Made by a program: the position numbers and the translations under genes | Shown here: positions 24,921 through 38,055 of the stretch, piece by piece | Numbering within the stretch: position 1 is the first letter of the stretch | Layout: each line of letters begins with the position of its first letter | Notes under the pieces: generated by a model | Told to the model about the DNA's origin: nothing | The model's database searches: none | The model's input: the letters and a program-made list of their open reading frames with translations, nothing else | Origin: Mobula hypostoma | Lineage: Eukaryota | Assembly: GCF_963921235.1 (NCBI RefSeq) | Contig: NC_086109.1 | Span: 15,998,001-16,062,000, forward strand | DNA: 64,000 nt | Direction of reading: 5' to 3'

Positions 24921-27683
24921 TTATACTTAATACTTTATTGTCGCCAAACAATTGATACTAGAATGTACAATCATCACAGTGATATTTGATTCTGCACTTC
25001 CGGCTCCCTGGATTACAAATCAATAGTAAATATTAAAAAGTAAAATTATAAATCATAATGTTACATGCTCAAGGAGATCTGTTTTTCTTTGAGAATGCTG
25101 TAATGGTCTTTTGGAGGTCACCTGATGTGATTTTCCCGCCGATGTGAGGTCACGTGATGACATGTGCACCATGACTATATAAGGGTTGACTCAGGTGACG
25201 CAGTGGGTTTTTGAGTTTGTAGATTTCCAGGTAGGACATGTTGTATCTCCGTTTCTGTTGCGTTTGTTTTTGTGACGCAGTTTCATTTTTAAAACGGTTG
25301 TATGTTCTGTTGAAAGATTCCATATTACTTGGACTGGGAATTTGTGGCTGGAAGTGCCAATTTACTCAATTCCGACAGTTTTGAAGGGAGAGCGAAGAAT
25401 TCGTCGAAGTGAAGGATCGAGAGAAGTCGGCATGGGTTGGCAGTTTAATAAAGGATCAACCTTATTGAGTCTTCGTTGAAGAGAAGCTGCATTGAGATAA
25501 CTCTTGTAATAGAGCAATGAGTTCATGCACCAGGGCGCTCTCTCTCTAAAAGGAATTTAAGGTCAGTCGATTTAAACTGTTTATTTTTGGCATCGTGAAT
25601 CCTGTGGACAGAACCGGCAGTAAAGGTGCGTCGGTGAAGAAATCCTTCTCCAGAAAAGCCTCTCCCAACCGAATGTGTAAAACTGTTGGACTTTTGAAGT
25701 TATCGCTTTAAGAACTATATCTGACTGTATCGCTTTAAGAACTGTTTTTGCATTTAACGCTTTAAGAGCCAGAGCTGAGTGGAGTTGGTGAACGGCTGCG
25801 TATCTGTTTAACCTCCGGTCAAAGTTTTCCCTTGTTTTTTTTTCCCTTATCGCTTATATGTGTTTAATAAATGTTCGGTTGTTTTTATAAAACTTGTCTC
25901 CATTAATATTCATTGTTGCCGGTTACGTAACAATAAATAGAAAATAGAAAAATGGAAAGTAAGGTATTGCAAAAAAAAAACCGAGAGGCAGGTACGGGTA
26001 TTTGGAGGGTACGGCCCAGATCCAGGTCAGGATCCGTTCAGCAGTCTTATCACAATTGGAAAGAAGCTGTTCCCAAATCTGGCCGTATGAGTCTTCAAGC
26101 TCCTGAGCCTTCTCCCGGAGGGAAGACAGACGAGAAGTGTGTTGGCTGGGTGGCTCATGTCCTTGATTATCCTGGCAGCATTGCTCCGACAGCGTGCGGT
26201 GTAAAGTGAGTCCAAGGATGGCAGATTGGTTTGTGTGATGTGCTGCGTCGTGTTCACGATCTTCTGCAGCTTCTTCCGGTCTTGGACAGGACAACTTCCA
26301 TACCAGGTTGTGATGCACCCTAGAGGAATGCTTTCTACAGTGCATCTATACAAATTAGTGAAGGTTTTAGGGGACAGGACAAATTTCTTTAGTTTTCTCA
26401 GGAAATAAAGGCACTGGTGGGCCTTCTTGGCAGTGGACCCTGCTTGGTTGGACCAAGTCAGGTCATTTGTGATATTGACCCCGAGGAACTTAAAGCTTTT
26501 GACCTGTTCCACTTGCGCACCACCGATGTAAATTGGGTCGTGCAGTCCGCTACTCCTTCTGAAGTCAACAACCAATTCCTTCGTCTTGCTGACGTTGAGG
26601 GATAGGTTATTGTCTTCGCACCATGCCACCAGGTTCTTAATTTCCTCTCTACTCAAACTCATCATTACTCGAGATACGGCCTATAATTGTTGTGTCATCG
26701 GCAAACTTATATATTGAGTTCGATGGAAACTTGGTTACACAATCATGGGTGTACAGTGAGTACAGCAGGGGGCTGAGTACACAGCCTTGTGGGGCACCGG
26801 TGCTCAGAGTGAATGTAGAGGAGAGCTTGTCCCCTATTTTTACAGCATGGGTCCCGTCTGTGAGGAAGTTGAAGATCCAGCTGCAGATCTGAGTGCTAAG
26901 GCCCAGGTTCCGGAGCTTAGGAATCAGTTTATTTGGAATGATGGTATTAAAGGCAGAGCTGTAGTCAATGAATAGGAGCCTTACGTATGCGTCTATATTC
27001 TCCAGGTGTTCTAAGGAGAAATGTAGGGCCAGAGAGATGGCATTTGCTGTTGACCAGTTGCTCCGGTAGGCGAATTGCAAAGCATCGAGGTTGACCGGTA
27101 GGCTGTGGTTGATGTGTGCCATAACCAATCGCTCGAAGCACTTCATAGCAATTGATGTCAGAGCCACAGGTCGATAGTCATTCAGTCATGCCATCTTGCT
27201 CTTCTTCGGCACTGGGATTATCATTGCCTTCTTAAAACATGAGGGGATCTTAGACTGAGGCAAGGAGCAGTTGAAGATGTCAGCAAACACTCCAGCTAGC
27301 TCGCTTGCACAGGCCCGGAGAACCCGTCCTGGGCGCCATCTGGGCCCGTCGCCTTCCTTGGATTTATCTTCAGGAAGGGCCTTCTAATGTCCTCCTCGGT
27401 GACAATGAATCTCGATGCCACCAGGTCCGGTTCATTCGGAGGGAGCATGATGCTCGTCTTCTGTTTGAATCTTGCGTAGAATACGTTAAGTTCATCAGGA
27501 AGAGAAGCGCCACAATTATTGATATTCCCAGCCTTTTCTTTGCACCCAGTGATCTCATTTAGACCCTGTTACAGTCTACTGGCATCCCTCTGGTTAGCCT
27601 GGGCTTCCAACTTGGCTTGATATTGCCTCTTGGCACCCTTAATGGCTTTCTGGAGTTCACGCCTGGATTCTATGTAGTGACTG
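24921..27683 (-). mobile_element. Rex1/Babar-clade LINE, 5'-truncated, RT largely preserved; 3' UTR split by a solo LTR
   Basis: [70 protein letters not shown] (ORFs 26649-27167, 26027-26665); AATAAA + AAGTAT-type tail at ~24921-24938. Confidence 0.9.
25059..25932 (+). mobile_element. Solo LTR (874 bp) with 4-bp TSD
   Basis: Perfect TGTTAC...GTAACA termini; ATAA at 25055-25058 and 25933-25936; TATATAA at ~25176; AATAAA at ~25866. Confidence 0.88.
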
Positions 27684-28113
27684 GTAGATCTTTTAGATCT
27701 TTATATCTCTTGTGTAAAAAGTATATCTGTGTGAAGTCACTCATGTGGAAAGAAACAGTATAAATTTGGACAGCAGTTCCAGCTTATTAGGAATGGCTAG
27801 GAAACATCAAGAAGCATGAAAGAAACACGAGGTGAAATAGAATCCATTCCTCTGGCTTCAATTTCTGTAACGGACAATTCGTTTGTCTACATCATTGGTA
27901 TCTCTTTTTTCACTTTGTAGGAATTGTACCTGTGTTTTGGAAATCCTTTGTGTTGGAGCGATGTTTTGGGTTTTGAGAATGGTTTGTGCTTAAGAAATAG
28001 TTTATAACTTGCAAATGTTTAAGTTCAAAAAACTCTCTGAGCTTTAAATGTGTTTTTAGAAGATTGTTTGGATTTAAACATGTATCACTGAAAATAAATG
28101 AACAGTCTTTTAA

Positions 28114-28269
28114 GCAGCACACACAAAATGCTGGTGGAATGCAGCAGACCAGGCAGCATCTATAGAAAGAAGTACAGTCGACATTTCGGGCCAAGACCCT
28201 GAGGTTCTGCATTCCACCAGCATTTTGTGTGTGTTGCTTGAATTTCCAGCATCTGCAGATTTGCTCATG
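28114..28269 (+). mobile_element. Penelope-derived fold-back mini-element (older, internally deleted)
   Basis: Inverted cacacacaaaatgctggtggaatgcag / ctgcattccaccagcattttgtgtgtg; 15-bp TSD with 2 mismatches (tgaacagtcttttaa 28099-28113 / tgaacagtgttctaa 28270-28284). Confidence 0.78.
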
Positions 28270-29196
28270 TGAACAGTGTTCTAATCTACTTTTTTTAGCT
28301 GGAAGTATCTTCTCATTGGTAAGGAGAGGGGACCCACTACTCAGATAGTGGGTTTTGGCAGCTACATTCGCTGTGGAGACTAAACAGGGAAGTAAGCTAG
28401 TTTTTGAAGATTGGGTAGTTACAGCATAACACTCTTTTAGTGAGATTACTCGTGTCTATTTATATCAGATAGAACTTAAGGTTTTTGTTTGAGTTTAAAA
28501 CTCTGCGATTAGTAAACCCCATTCCATCACAACACTTTAGGTCAAGGCCCTAGATCAGAGCAAGTCTCCTCCAGTCTTACATCCTACAGATGTTGCTGAG
28601 ATCCTTCAGCACATTGTTTATTGCTCTATCTGATCTAATTAGGCAATTCCTAGGAAACAGAAAAGAAGGATCAATTTAGTGAAATGTAAATGGTACAATA
28701 TCTAACATCCTTTATCAATGTGACTAAGTGACATATCTACTACTTTTATGAAAACATTATTTGATGCACTTTGGAACCTGTCCAGTTCTTGCTTACTTAT
28801 TTGTAATTAGTTTGAACTCGCTGCACACGCAATCAATTTACTCTGGAGAGTTGGAAGTATAATTCAAATTCTGAAAATTATGGAAAGGGATGATTTAGAA
28901 GGTTTAAAGGAATATGGGCCAAACAGAGACAAGTGGGACTAGCTTGAATGGGCATCTTGGTAATCTTGTATGAGTTTTTCCAAAGGGTCTGTTTCCCTAC
29001 CGTGTTATTCTATAATTCAATGAAAATAAATTGCTGGAAATAATCGACATCTATGGAGAGATAAGCAGAGTCAATGCTTAAGGTCACTGCGCTGACATCA
29101 GAACTGAAAAAATGCACTTTAAATAGCAGGAATGGGCAGAGAGAACAAAGGGGCTGTCAGTGTTAAGGAGAGACCAGGCATATCTGGATGGTATTA

Positions 29197-30174
29197 TAGA
29201 AACATAGAAACATAGAAAATAGGCGCAGGAGTAGGCCATTCGGCCCTTCGAGCCTGCACCGCCATTCAGTATGATCGTGGCTGATCATCCAACTCAGAAC
29301 CCTGTACCAGCCTTCCCTCCATACCCCCTGATCCATTTAGCCACAAGGGCCATATCTAACTCCCTCTTAAATATAGCCAATGAACTGGTCTCAACTGTTT
29401 CCTGTGGCAGAGAACTCCACAGATTCACCACTCTCTGTGTGAAGAAGTTTTTCCTCATCTCGATCCTAAAAGGCTTCCCCTTTATCCTCAAACTGCGACC
29501 CCTCGTTCTGGACTTCCCCAACATCGGGAACAATCTTCCTGCATCTAGCCTGTCCAATCCCTTTATGATTTTATACTTTTCAATAAGATCCCCCCTCAAT
29601 CTTCTAAATTCCAACAAGTATAAGCCTAGTTCATCCAGTCTTTCATCATATGAAAGTCCTGCCATCCCAGGAATCAATCTGGTGAACCTTCTTTGTACTC
29701 CCTCTATGGCAAGGATGTCTTTCCTCAGATTAGGGGACCAAAACTGCACACAATACTCCAGGTGTGGTCTCACCAAGGCCTTGTACAACTGCAGTAGTAC
29801 CTCCCTGCTCCTGTACTCGAATCCTCTCGCTATAAATGCCAGCATACCATTCGCCTTTTTCACCGCCTGCTGTACCTGCATGCCCACTTTCAATGACTGG
29901 TGTATAATGACACCCAGGTCTCGTTGCACCTCCCCTTTTCCTAATCGGCCACCATTCAGATAATAATCTGTTTTCCTGTTTTTGCCACCAAAGTGGATAA
30001 CTTCACATTTATCCACATTAAATTGCATCTGCCATGAATTTGCCCACTCACCTAACCTATCCAAGTCACCCTGCATCCTGTTAGCATCCTCCTCACAGCT
30101 AACACTGCCGCCCAGCTTCGTGTCATCAACAAAATTGGAGATGCTGCATTTAATTCCCTCATCCAGGTCATTAA
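29197..30174 (-). mobile_element. Young 5'-truncated CR1 (HER1-like) LINE
   Basis: ORF 29294-30076(-) nearly identical to the C-terminal part of 17739-18866; (CATAGAAA)n tail on the + strand. Confidence 0.95.
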
Positions 30175-31076
30175 CATGCTCTTGGAGGCATGGTCAATCG
30201 ATGAAGGAGGGTAGTTGGAGAGAACACTACAAATGAAATAAAAGTAAACAATGGAAATACCCAGCAGACTAAGCAGCATCTGTGGAGAAAAGGAATCCTG
30301 AATTAGGGTGAATGACCTTGTATTAGAATTACCAGTTTCTGACACTTACAGGAAAGGCTGGTTATTTAAAGTTATTGAATTCAATATTGAATCCCAAGGG
30401 CAGCTGCTTACCTGGACTGAAACGCAGGTGCTGTTCCTTGGAACGTAAATCAAACTTATACTCAATAGCTATGCTCCATTTTTTTAACATCCTACTTTGG
30501 ATACCCTGGAGCTGTTTGATGAGTCTGTATCGAGGGAGCTCTTTCATGCACTCTGTCTGAGTGTATTCAATTAGTATAGAGGGACTTTTGCTTCCTAACC
30601 TCTTGAACCAATTATTTTAGTCATTCTCACACGGTTATCTCACCTCATCCAGGTACTAAGTACTCATAGTCAAGCCATCAATTGAATAACTTCCCTCTGG
30701 TCATCTTATGGGGGCTTTTTGCCCTCCTCTATGTGAATAGACAAAAGCTGGACACAGCATTCTGAATGCTTCCTGATGATGTCCTCATCAATCAAAGAAT
30801 CTTTGCATTTAGTGATCATGATAATATATACCAAATACCTATTTCATTATCAACGCCAATGTTATAATGACAATTGATATCCTTGTTTACACTGGAGGTA
30901 GGGGTGCTTGTTCAGTGGGACACAAAAGGACCATATGTATAATCCACGGCTTGAAGTGTGCCAGGATTGATGGTCCAGTTTAGTTGGAGATTGAACTGAG
31001 GTATTAACACACTTCCTACCATCATATTTTATGTACTGATTGCTGAAAGTCTGCAAAATGAGGTTGGACCTGAGAG

Positions 31077-31277
31077 CAACACACATCAAAGTTGCTGGTG
31101 AACGCAGCAGGCCAGGCAGCATCTCTAGGAAGAGGTACAGTCGACGTTTCAGGCCGAGACCCTTTGTCAGAAACATCGACTGTACCTCTTCCTAGAGATG
31201 CTGCCTGGCCTGCTGCGTTCACCAGCAGCTTTGATGTATGTTGCTTGAATTTCCAGCATCTGCAGAATTCCTGTTGT
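31077..31277 (+). mobile_element. Penelope-derived fold-back mini-element
   Basis: Inverted arms meeting in the hammerhead (…ccctttgtca|gaaacatcgactg…), one-sided extension; 13-bp TSD TTGGACCTGAGAG (31064-31076, 31278-31290). Confidence 0.88.
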
Positions 31278-32425
31278 TTGGACCTGAGAGGTTGATCAGG
31301 TTCCCAAACCGACGTGGATAACTTCATTCATCACTAAGCTGAACTGATTCTACAATCTGTAGCCTCAATTTCAAGAACCCTTTACAACTCATCTCCTCAG
31401 CATTATTTTTAGTTGCATTTTGTCTTATTCTGCACATTGGTGCTTGTCAGTCTTTGCCTGTCTACAGAAAGTTATTTATTTGTTCTTTTTATTTGATTGT
31501 TTCCACAATTTTTCTTCTTTTGCACATTGGCTGTTTACGTAGTTCTTTAGGACTTCAGTTGCATTTCTTTTTTATTCCTGTAAAGGCCTGCAAGAGTTTA
31601 TCTCAATATAGTATATGGTAACAAGTACAAACGATAATAAATTTGCTTTGAACTTTAAACTCTGAACTTTGAAATCCAATACTTCACTTTACTTTATGCC
31701 TGGCCTATCCTCTAAAAAAATAATGTTGCCACCAGGATGTGTTTCCAAGTGTCTGCAGTTACCCAATGCTACAGCCAAGGAATTGAAAGGCAAGCAAGAC
31801 TTTGATACAATTTAAATGGCGCTATTCTGAACACACCCTGTTCCAAGAAGGGACGTACCTCTCTCAGCTGTGTCCTTGAAGAACGGAGCACAGGACGTCT
31901 CCAATTAATTTGGAGAATGGAGGGTCAATATGTTACACCTGAGCAGGGTGCAACCCATTTGATCCCAAACTCTTCTAATGCCTAACTGTGAACTACAAAT
32001 AAGAAGAAGTACCATTACTAATTCAAACACAAGATGATTCAAGTGAAACTTCTTTGACCTGAGAACAGCTGTGATATGTAATTCACAGCCACTGGAGGCA
32101 GCTGAGGGAATCAAATGGATTCATTTAAAGGGAAACAAGATAAAATAAATGAGAGAGAAGGAAGATGATGTCAGGGCAGCTGGAGTACAAGGAAGTTTAG
32201 AACGTAGAAAGCCACATCACCGTACAGGCCCTTTGGCCTGCAATGTTATGCCGACATTTTAAGCCATTCTAAGCTAAATCTAATTCTTCTTACATTGTCC
32301 TCTATTTTTATATCATCCACGTGCCTATCTAAGAGCTTCTCAAATGTCCTAGATGTATCTGCCTCTACCACCACCACTGACAGCACGTTCCATGCACCCA
32401 CCACTCTCGATGGGAAAAAACCTTA

Positions 32426-33037
32426 CAGTACTGTGCAAAAGTCTTGGGTATATATGTTATAGCGTGGATGAAATTACCGGAGAGACAGAGTCACTGGTAG
32501 ATACAAAGCAGCTTCTTTATTCGACACAACAATGTACAGCAGGCATCTTAACGGATGGAGACGCTTTCCGCAGAAAGGTCTGCTAGCTAAAATGTGGGCT
32601 CGATATTTATATGCTAAACACAAAGGCAATCGCTACTTAAAAAGTTACAGACAATGCTTCCTTTTGAAATTGCATACAAACATCACACCTTCGGATTTCA
32701 TCCTTTCCTTCTGACGCCAACATGTCTGTGTTGGTATCCACAGCCTTTAGTTCAATCCACAATACATTTATTTGGCATTTTACGTGCTAACTTAGAAGAC
32801 AATTAATATTTATAATATATAGATAAGACTGTCTTCGAAACTACAGCATCAGGCACCAGAAGCATCTGGTATTTACACCTTTTAGGAAGCCCATTGTGGT
32901 GGACTCAATCCACAGTCCTTTGTCAAACAGTTAAAATAGAAGTCTGGTGGCCAAAGTCATTTAAGTGCAAACAAATCATCTACCCAAAAAGAAATCCACT
33001 CTAACATATATATACCTAAGACTTTTGCACAGTACTG
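32426..33037. mobile_element. Tc1/mariner-type mini-MITE (TIR CAGTACTGTGCAAAAGTCTTAGG) containing a solo LTR
   Basis: TA flanks; cagtactgtgcaaaagtcttgggtata...tatacctaagacttttgcacagtactg; uninterrupted copy at 34386-34452. Confidence 0.78.
32455..33006 (-). mobile_element. Solo LTR (552 bp) in the TA-rich spacer of the MITE
   Basis: TGTTA...TAACA termini with extended GTGGAT/ATCCAC inverted match; TATA on both sides; AATAAA on the minus strand at ~32516-32521. Confidence 0.72.
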
Positions 33038-33134
33038 TATATTATGTCTTTCCAGTAACTAAGTAACACTAATACTACTGAGCTAATAAAAAGCTAAGTA
33101 CTCTTATTTCTGTTTCCCAACCACCTTCCTATTT

Positions 33135-34373
33135 TACTGGCATGGTTAGAGCATTGACTGGTTGGTCAAAGGCAGCGAGTGGGAATAAAAGGATCCTTTT
33201 CTGATTGGCTAGTGGCGTTCTGCAGGGGTCGGTGTTGGAACCGCTTCTTTCTATGCTGTATGTCAATGATTTAGATGATGGAGTAGATGGCTTTGTTGCC
33301 AAGTTTGCCGATGCTATGAAGATTGGTGGAAGGGTAGGTAGTGTAGAGGGGACAGATAGGCTGCAGAAGGACTTAGACATTAGGAGAATGGGCAAGAAAA
33401 AGGCAAATGAAATACAATGTTGGAAAATGCATGGTCATGGACTTTTAGTAGAATTAAATGTGCAGACTTTTCTAAACAGGAAGAAAATCCAAAAATCTGA
33501 GATACAAAGGGACTTAGGAGTCCTTGTGCAGGACCCCCTAAAGGTTAACTTGCAGGCAGTGAGGAGGGCAAATGCAAAGTTAATATTTATTTCAAGAGGT
33601 CTAGAATACAACAGCAGGGATGTGATGTTCAGGCTTTATCAGGCACTGCTGAGGCCTCACCTTGAGTATTGCGAACAGCTTTGGGCTCCTCACCTTAGAA
33701 CAGATGTGCTCACATTCAAAGGAGGTTGACAAGGATTATTCTGAGAATGAAAGGTTTATCATACAAGAAACGGTTGATAGCTCTAGGTCTATACTTGCTG
33801 GAATTTAGAAGGATGAGGGGGGATCCCTTTGAAATCTTTCAAATGTTGAAAAGGCTAGACAGAGTAGATGTGGAAAGGATGTTTCCCATGGTGGGGGAGT
33901 CTAGGACAAGAGGGCACAGCCTCACAATAGAGAGGCATCCATTTAAAACAGAGATGCGGAGAAATTTCCTTAGCCAGAGGGTGGTGAATTTGTGGAAGTT
34001 ATTACCACAGGCAGCTGTGGAGGCCAGGTCATTGGGTGTATTTAAGTCAGAGCTTGAAAGGTTCTTGACTGGTCATGGCATTAAAGGTTATGGGGAGAAG
34101 GCTTGGGTGTGGGTCTGAGGAGGTGGAAAAGGGATCACACACAAAATGCTGCAGGAACTCAGCAAGTCAAGCAGCATCTACAGAAAAGAGTACAGTCAAC
34201 GGTTTGGGCCGAAACCCTTCGACAGGATTACATTTTTTGTGTGTTATTTGGACTTCCAGCATCGGCAGATTTTCTCTTGTTTGAAACAAGGATCAGCCAT
34301 GATTGAGTAGCAAATCAGACATGATGGGCCAAATGACCTAATTCTGCTCCTATGTTTTATGGTCTTATGGTCT
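33135..34373 (+). mobile_element. Old CR1 RT + 3' UTR, with a Penelope fold-back insertion at ~34137-34282
   Basis: SGVLQGSVL, YVNDLDDG, KFADAMKIGG, LRPHLEYCEQ, RVVNLWKLLP; insert flanked by gaaaagggatca / gaaacaaggatca. Confidence 0.85.
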
Positions 34374-34385
34374 TTAACCGGTATA

Positions 34386-34452
34386 CGGTACTGTACAAAG
34401 GTCTTAGGCACCGTAGCTATTTATATGTGCCTAAGACTTTTCCACAGTATTG
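34386..34452. mobile_element. 67-bp palindromic mini-MITE
   Basis: TA flanks; cggtactgtacaaaggtcttaggcac...gtgcctaagacttttccacagtattg. Confidence 0.72.
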
Positions 34453-36089
34453 TACCTCTGATGTCACCCCATACTTTCCTCCAATTACTTTAATATTATG
34501 CTCTTTGGTATTAGTATTTCTGCCTTGGAAAATAGTCTCCCACTGTCCACTTAATCTGTGCCTCTTATCGTCTTATGCACCTGAATGAAATGTCCAAAAG
34601 ACATTTGGACAGGTATTTGCACAGGAAAGGAGAAGGGATAATGAGGGCAAATTGTAGATAGGCATCTTAAAACCCATCACTTCAAAATCAGAATCAGAAT
34701 CAGAATCAAGCTTGTGTTGTGAAATTTGTTCACTTAGCAGCAGCAGGTCAATGCAGTACATGATAATATAGAAAGAAAAAAAAGTATCAATTACACTAAG
34801 TATATACATGTATATTAAATAGAAGAAAAGTACAAAACAAGCAATATATATTAAATCTAAATTAAGTTAAATTAATCTAAATCTCTTCTGCTTGTATATG
34901 TTCTATATCCCTCAATTCCATGCATATTAATGTACCCAAAAACCTCTTAAATATCATACGTATATGCTTCTACCATTACCAGCACTTACTGTTCTCTGTA
35001 TAAAGTATCTTTGCTCCCCCACCCCCTTTAAACTTTTTCACTCTCACTTTAAATGCATGTCTTTTAGTTTTTGACATCTCTACCCTGAGAAAGGTAGTCC
35101 GAGTCGACATGTACAAATTTTTTAAATTAAAATGCAGATTATCATTCACTCCATTAGCACAGGTCACAGATCGACCCACGTAGAGGAACTGACGGTCAGT
35201 ATCCGTCTATCTGATTCCATCGTGGGAATAAAACATTTTATACTTTCTGTACTTGTAGATCACTTTGCATGGTTAACGTACTGATAAATTGATGAAAGAA
35301 CACATTCCAGAGGATAAAATAAATATCTGGGACAATTTTCCAAATGAATCAAACTGAGCATTACTGTGTAGAATCAGAATCGAATCAGGTCTATTATAAC
35401 CGGCATGTGATGTGAGATTTGTTAACTTAGCAGCAGCAGTTCAATGCAATACATAATCTAGCAGAGAGAGAGAAAAAAATAAATAAAATAAAACATAATA
35501 ATAAATAAACAAGTAAATCAATTACGTATATTGAATAGATTTCAAAACACATCCAAAAGCAGAAATACTGTATATTTTTAAAAAAGTGAGGTAGTGTCCA
35601 AAGCTTCAATGTCCATTTAGGAATCAGATGGCAGAGGGGAAGAAGCTGTTCCTTTTGAAACAAGTGGCTCATCGTCCATGGTTGGCAGCTCATCTAGGAG
35701 AAGGAAACTCTGATCTCAAACCTCCACTGACATGCAGCAATGTGCACTCATGGGGAAGGCTTCAGGAATAAACCCCGAGGAGAAATCTGGTGCTGGAGTC
35801 TCTAAGGCAGTCCTATATTGAGTTCAATGATGACTGGCAACTCCTGCGATGCCGCTGGTGCCAAACTATATCGCCCTCTGCCATTCCTTTAGATCTATCA
35901 GCTGCATGGACTCCAGGTTGGCCTCATTCGCTGCCTCAGAATCCACAAGTGGGAGTGGAAGTAAGAAGCAAAGTTCAAGAAGAGCCCAGTGGGAGAAGAG
36001 GTCCCATCACAACTGTGGAGGCAAAAGGATGTCAACATCTCGGGTCAAGATCCTCCACCAGAACAGAGGCACATACATTTTATAACTGA

Positions 36090-36621
36090 GGTGCCTTAGA
36101 CTTCTGCACAGTAATGTGGTCATCTTATATATTGCACTCTACTACTGCCACAGTAAAAAAAAAACAAATTTCATGACATATCTGAGTGATGCTAAACCTG
36201 ATTCTCATATGGGTCCATATTGTGGACTGAGATTGGGAAGAGGGCAGAGAGAAAGGAATCATGATTGAGAAAAGGGGAAGGGAGAGGGGAAAGAGCGGGA
36301 AGCACTACTGAGACGTTCTGTACTGATCAATGAGTCAATTGTTTTGGAATCAAATGACCTTGCCTGGTGTTTCAGGGCTGGGTATGTCTGCATTCATGTC
36401 ACCATCCATCTCTGCTCCCCCCACCCCAACAACCGCTGGAACTCTTTTTCTACCACCTGCCCCACACCCGTCCTGCGGTGTCCTCCAATGTTGCCAATCC
36501 CAACATCCGTTGCTCCTGCCAGATTTACAAACCCACTCTCCGCTCCATGTTGACAAATTCAGCACTGTGCAAAAATCTTAGTCACTATATATACATGCCT
36601 ATATATACATGCACTGTACTG
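36090..36621 (+). mobile_element. ~0.54-kb non-autonomous element with CAGTACTG-type ends
   Basis: Colinear with 62133-62668 (aaatttcatgacata...cctgattct...aatcaaatgaccttg...gttgacaaat); the ends carry the mini-MITE TIR. Confidence 0.68.
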
Positions 36622-37414
36622 TAAGCCATCCCTGATTCCAGGGGGTTGCTTGAGAAGAAGAAAAATAGCAGTCTGTCTGTTCTAGAGGGCAGAAACAGGA
36701 ACATTATGATTACAGAAGAGTCTCTGTTGGTTGAACCCTTGTTGTGTCTTGTACTGTAGCTGTTGGCTCTATTTAACTAAAGTTTTACTGGCTTGAAGCT
36801 GATCTTTTTTTCAGTCAATACTGTGAATATTGTTTGCATGCAGAGCTTGTTACAGCATGATACACCCTTAAGTTATCTGAAGCTGATCTGTGACACCACT
36901 TGTTTCGAATTATAAAATGGAAGGGACCCAGAATGTCGGCAAGAGACTGAACATTTAGTCTGTGATAATTTATCTATAAAATTAAACTGTCTTGAATTTG
37001 TAACAGGTATTGTTTCCATTATAAATATATCAATTTTTTTCTCATTCATCTTGCCACAATTCAAGAGGGGGAGATATTCAGAGGAATATGTTGAAGCACA
37101 TTCTAAAGACAATGGTGGTAAGAGAGCTGTCAACATTGATTTAGAAATGAGATTCAAATAAAAGTCACTGCTATTCTTAAGGGGCACTGGTTGACTCAAA
37201 GAGCAAGGAGAATGTGTCAGAATAAATTAACATTTTTTGTAAGAATTTGATGAACTTCTGCATGTAGGACCTTTGAATGTAATTATGATTTGTGAATGAA
37301 CAGCAAACTATGTACCAAAATCCCCTCTGCCATCAGATTTCTGAATGGTCCCTGAACCCGTGAACACACCTTCACTAATTTGCTGTCTTTTTGCACTATT
37401 TATTGATTAACAGC

Positions 37415-38055
37415 ATTTCCCCGCACAGAACTGCTGCTTACTAGAAGTTCTTTGTTTCTCGCACCACTTTCTGTGAACTCTGGAGACTGTTGTGCATAAA
37501 AATCCCAGAGGATCAGCAGTTTCTGAGATACTCAAACCATCCTGACTTTATTAGCTAATCCTTTTTGGTAATGCAAATATTTAATCACAAGATCATGTGG
37601 CAGCAACTTAATGTATAAACTCATGGAAACATGGTCCAGAGGTTCCATTATTGTTCATACCAAACAACAGAATGGGGAAGAAAATTGATCTAAGTGACTT
37701 TGACTGTGGAATGACTGTTGGTGCCAGACGGGGTGGTTTGAGTATCTCATACACAACAGTCTCCAGAGTTTACAGAGAATGGAGCTAGAAACAACAAAAC
37801 ATCCAGTGCGTAGCAGTTCTGTGGGAGAAAATACCTTGATAATGAGGTAAGTCCGGAAAAAATGGCCAGACTTCTTCAAACTGGCAAGAAGGCGACAGCA
37901 GCTAATATGATCACTTGTTAAAACAATGGCATGCAGAAGAACATTTCTGAATGCACACCATATCGAACTTTGAAGTGGATGGACTACAGCAGCAGAAGAC
38001 CTCGAATATACTCAGTGGCTGCTTTAAGTACCTAATAAACTAGCCATGAAGTGTG
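37415..38055 (+). mobile_element. Non-autonomous Tc1-like copy (rearranged left end)
   Basis: Same HTH-coding stretch as 9503-11161, ending ggactacagcagcagaagacc followed by TIR remnants; 37415-37545 is an inverted internal fragment. Confidence 0.72.

Noticed and set aside
29271..29963. Long antisense ORFs (also 2733-3308, 17780-18184, 58691-59293)
   Set aside because: Reverse-frame shadows of LINE sequence or chimeras across repeat junctions.
35650..35905. Possible RTE-type 5' UTR-derived repeats (also ~8760-9240 and ~52995-53215)
   Set aside because: Resemblance rests on memory of short motifs only and boundaries could not be supported, so they are not listed as features.
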